Positions 61,027 to 64,000 of a stretch of DNA of 64,000 bases are shown here, piece by piece (within the stretch, counting starts at the first letter, position 1; every line of letters starts with the position of its first letter). The translations under genes and the position numbers were made by a program. The stretch is taken from contig CAVQZC010000003.1 of NCBI GenBank assembly GCA_963718315.1, positions 151,748 to 215,747 on the forward strand, written 5' to 3'. The notes under the pieces were generated by a model that made no database searches, had not been told where the DNA came from, and saw only the letters and a program-made list of their open reading frames with translations. Source of the DNA: an uncultured Actinomycetes bacterium. Lineage in GTDB: Bacteria; Actinomycetota; Thermoleophilia; Gaiellales; JAICJC01.

Positions 61027-61647
61027 ATGGCCGTGAGCAGTGAGACCGTCCGCCTCCGCATGACCGGTGACGACCGCCGGGCGCAGATCCTCGCCGTGGG
61101 TCGCGAGGTGTTCGCAGAGCGCGGGTTCCATGCCGCGGGGACGGCGGAGATCGCCGCCCGTGCGGGCTGCTCCGAGCCCACGATCTACAAGCACTTCCCG
61201 TCGAAGCAGGCGCTGTTCGCCGCCGTGCTCGAGGACGCCACCGAGCGTACCCGCGAGCACATCGAGCAGATCATCGGCGACACCGACGACCCGATCCAGG
61301 CGATCGTCGAGAGCGGCTGCGGCTCCCATGAGGTGGTCGCCCAGACGTGGCGTCTGCGCATGCTCGCCATCACCCTGCTCGACGATCCGCAGATCCGGGA
61401 TGCAATCAACCACAGCGTCGGCGCGCTGCGCGACCGGTTCGCCGCCGCGGCGAGCACGTCGCAGGAGCGGGGCATCTATCGCTCCGACGTCGATCCCGAC
61501 CAGATGGCCTGGATGTGGCTCGGGATCACCTTCGCCATGGGCTACCGGCGGGCCGTCGAGGACGACGTGCCCTTCGACCGGATCGCAGACCTTGCACGCA
61601 TGTTCGTGCGCACCTTGAGGGTTGCGCCAGCAGAGGAGGCACCGTGA
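61027..61647 (+). CDS. TetR-family transcriptional regulator
   Basis: RRAQILAVGREVFAERGFHAAGTAEIAARAGCSEPTIYKHFPSKQALF is a TetR_N HTH. Confidence 0.9.
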   Translation: MAVSSETVRLRMTGDDRRAQILAVGREVFAERGFHAAGTAEIAARAGCSEPTIYKHFPSKQALFAAVLEDATERTREHIEQIIGDTDDPIQAIVESGCGSHEVVAQTWRLRMLAITLLDDPQIRDAINHSVGALRDRFAAAASTSQERGIYRSDVDPDQMAWMWLGITFAMGYRRAVEDDVPFDRIADLARMFVRTLRVAPAEEAP

Positions 61648-63221
61648 TAGAGGAACACCCCAACCGCAAGTGGTGGACGTTGTTCGCCATGTGCTTCGCG
61701 CTGTTCATGATCATGCTCGACAACACGGTCGTGAACGTGGCGCTGCCCTCGATCCAGCGGGCGCTGAGAACGACGCCCGAGAACCTCGAGTGGACGATCA
61801 ACGCCTACGTGCTGACGTTCGCCGGGTTCATTCTGCTGGGCGGCAAGCTGGGCGACCGGTTCGGGCGTAAACGGCTGTTCCTGGTCGGCCTTACGGTCTT
61901 CACGGCATCGAGCGCAGCCTGCGCGTTGTCCTCGACGGATACGCAGCTGATCGCCTCGCGCGTGGTGCAGGGCGTCGGCGCGGCGTTCCTGAACCCGCTG
62001 TCGCTCTCCATCCTGGTCTCGGCATTCCCCCGCAAGCAGCTGCCCACCGCCATTGGCATCTGGGCCGGCATCTCCGGCCTGGGCCTGGCGATCGGCCCAC
62101 TGCTCGGCGGCTTCCTGGTCCAGAACGTCTCGTGGTCGGCCGTGTTCTGGATCAACGTCCCGATCGGCATCGTTGCCTTCGCAGTCACCATCTGGGCGGT
62201 CATCGAGTCCCGCGACCCGTCGGCGAAGCACATCGACATCGTCGGGACGTTGCTCGTCACCGGTGGCCTGTTCGCGCTCACCTGGGGCCTGATCAAGACC
62301 GACAGCCACTCGTGGACGTCGCTCTACATCATCGGCTTCCTGGCGCTGGCGACAGTGCTGCTGGTCGGCTTCGTGGTGTGGGAGCTGCGGCAGAGCGACC
62401 CGATGATCCCGCTTGGCTTCTTCCGCAAGCCCGCGTTCAGCATCTCCAGCCTGGTCGTGCTGATGGTGGGCGTGGCGATGTTCGGCGTCATCTACTTCAT
62501 CACCCTCTACTTCCAGAACATCCACGGCTACTCGCCGCAGCAGGCCGGCCTCCGGTCGCTGCCGCTGACCGCGATGGTCGTCCTGGTCGCCCCGATCGCC
62601 GGCCGTCTGAACGGCAGGGTCGGGCCGCGGCCGCTGATGACGATCGGCATGGCAGGGATGGCGCTGGGGCTGCTCGGCCTCGCTCAGATCGGCGTCGACA
62701 CCAACTACCTGTACCTGATCCCGATGTTCCTGGTGATGGGCGCGGGCATCTCGATGACCATGCCGTCGGTGACATCGGCGGCGATGGGATCGGTCGACCC
62801 GACCAAGGCGGGCATCGCCTCGGGCGTGGTCAACTCGTCGCGGCAGGTGGGCGGTGCGCTCGGCGTCGCGGTGTTCGGCTCGATCGCGGCGACGCTGGCC
62901 TCGGACGCGTGGTCAAGCTCGATCTCGAAGCTGCCGGCCGCGGCCCATGCCGGCGCGGCGCAGCTGACGCCGCTCGTGATCGGCGGCCAGACGGCCAAGA
63001 TCGGCCATATCGCAACGGCGACGTCCGGCGCGGTCGCCGGCAAGGTGGCATCCGACGATGCGGCCGCTGCCTTCATGCACGGCTTCCACGGCGCGATGTA
63101 CGCGGGTGCCCTGATGGCCGCCGCGGCGTCGGTGACGGCCTTCGTCGGCCTCCGCAACGTCCGCGTCCGGCAGCCGCAGGAACAGCAGGCCGAGCAGCCG
63201 ATGGCTGCCGTCGAGATGTAG
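61644..63221 (+). CDS. MFS drug:H+ antiporter, DHA2 (EmrB/QacA, 14-TM) family
   Basis: GTG 61644 (GTGA overlap with the tetR stop). FMIMLDNTVVNVALPSI, LGGKLGDRFGRKRLF and the overall length fit DHA2. Confidence 0.88.
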   Translation: MIEEHPNRKWWTLFAMCFALFMIMLDNTVVNVALPSIQRALRTTPENLEWTINAYVLTFAGFILLGGKLGDRFGRKRLFLVGLTVFTASSAACALSSTDTQLIASRVVQGVGAAFLNPLSLSILVSAFPRKQLPTAIGIWAGISGLGLAIGPLLGGFLVQNVSWSAVFWINVPIGIVAFAVTIWAVIESRDPSAKHIDIVGTLLVTGGLFALTWGLIKTDSHSWTSLYIIGFLALATVLLVGFVVWELRQSDPMIPLGFFRKPAFSISSLVVLMVGVAMFGVIYFITLYFQNIHGYSPQQAGLRSLPLTAMVVLVAPIAGRLNGRVGPRPLMTIGMAGMALGLLGLAQIGVDTNYLYLIPMFLVMGAGISMTMPSVTSAAMGSVDPTKAGIASGVVNSSRQVGGALGVAVFGSIAATLASDAWSSSISKLPAAAHAGAAQLTPLVIGGQTAKIGHIATATSGAVAGKVASDDAAAAFMHGFHGAMYAGALMAAAASVTAFVGLRNVRVRQPQEQQAEQPMAAVEM

Positions 63222-63230
63222 GATTCGCCC

Positions 63231-63650
63231 ATGGGCAACGCGTACGTCGGACTGGCGATCGGCTGGTGGCTGATCGCCCTCGTGATTGTCGTGGGGGGAA
63301 GCGTGCTGATCGCCACCGCCTTCCGGAAGATGCCGGTCGCCCGCGCCGTGACCGGCGGGATCATGGCCATCGCGCTGGTGGCGGTGGCGACCTGGGTGGT
63401 CGCAAACTACGCCGCCCGCCAGAAGAACCTCCAGGGCGTGACCACCGTGCCGCCGTTCCACTGGCACAGCCACGTCCTGCTGCTCGTGATCACGGTCTTC
63501 GCCCTGGGCATCCTCCTGACCACCGGGGTTGGCGCGATCGCAGAGCGGCGGCGGCGCACGGCGTGGAAGTGGCAGATCGCGTCACTGCTGACGGCGGGCA
63601 TCGCGCTCGGCGTGCTGGTCGCTCTGCCCGAACGGCACCTGGCGAGCTGA
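63231..63650 (+). CDS. Hypothetical small membrane protein (4 TM)
   Basis: 139-aa hydrophobic ORF starting 10 nt after the MFS stop. Confidence 0.5.
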   Translation: MGNAYVGLAIGWWLIALVIVVGGSVLIATAFRKMPVARAVTGGIMAIALVAVATWVVANYAARQKNLQGVTTVPPFHWHSHVLLLVITVFALGILLTTGVGAIAERRRRTAWKWQIASLLTAGIALGVLVALPERHLAS

Positions 63651-63657
63651 CCGAGCC

Positions 63658-64000
63658 GTGACGTTCACGCAGGCGCCCCACCGGCCCTCGGCTGTCGGCG
63701 TTCACGGCATGGTCGCGACCAGCTCGCCGCTGGCCGCGCTGGCCGGGCTGGGCGCGCTGGAGCAGGGCGGTAACGCCTGCGACGCCGCGCTGGCGGCGGC
63801 GGGCGTGCTGGCGGTCGTCGAGCCGAACCAGTGCGGCCCCGGCGGCGACCTGTTCGCGATCGTTGTCAAGGATGGCGAGGAGCCTGTCGGCCTCAACGCC
63901 AGCGGCCGCTCACCGATGCAGCCGGGTGACCGGCTGCCCGAGGAGTTCGGCCCCCGCAGCGTCACCGTGCCGGGGTGCGTCAGCGGCTGGCACGAGCTGG
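63658..64000 (+). CDS. ggt: Gamma-glutamyltransferase, 3' end runs off window
   Basis: GTG 63658. GVHGMVATSSPLAALAGLGALEQGGNACDAALAAAGVLAVVEPNQCGPGGDLFAIV matches the conserved GGT N-terminus. The frame is open to the window end. Confidence 0.8.
   Translation, partial: MTFTQAPHRPSAVGVHGMVATSSPLAALAGLGALEQGGNACDAALAAAGVLAVVEPNQCGPGGDLFAIVVKDGEEPVGLNASGRSPMQPGDRLPEEFGPRSVTVPGCVSGWHEL

Overview
High-GC (~70%) chromosomal segment that looks actinobacterial: an Rpf-like transglycosylase, a class-III ADH + MBL-hydrolase pair of the mycothiol formaldehyde-detox type, and many leaderless-type promoters. I can support about 58 protein-coding genes. I found no rRNA, tRNA, CRISPR array, transposase or integrase. 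Most content is metabolism, transport and regulation.

Main blocks:
- 8.4-22 kb: a fructosamine (FrlB/FrlD)-type catabolic operon with a class-III aminotransferase and a Dpp-type importer. A divergent LacI regulator, an M20 deacylase, a trimethylamine-dehydrogenase-family enzyme fused to an ETF-alpha FAD domain, and a flavin amine oxidase complete it.
- 30.1-34.5 kb: a secreted beta-propeller / metallophosphoesterase / DUF11-like cluster.
- 37.2-40.9 kb: a cbs-ycaQ-cystathionine-gamma operon behind a structured leader.
- 41.2-46.4 kb: marR-ABC exporter-DUF4395/Trx genes and lon.
- 57.1-64 kb: an M20 / ATP-grasp / C45 module followed by TetR, an MFS exporter and ggt.

Major caveat: 14 genes carry 25 inferred reading-frame breaks, 8 of them in one 750-bp peptidase paralogue. 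Many breaks sit in short G/C runs. They could be assembly indels or real gene decay, and the sequence alone cannot separate the two. All product calls rest on my recognition of motifs in the translations; no database search was run.
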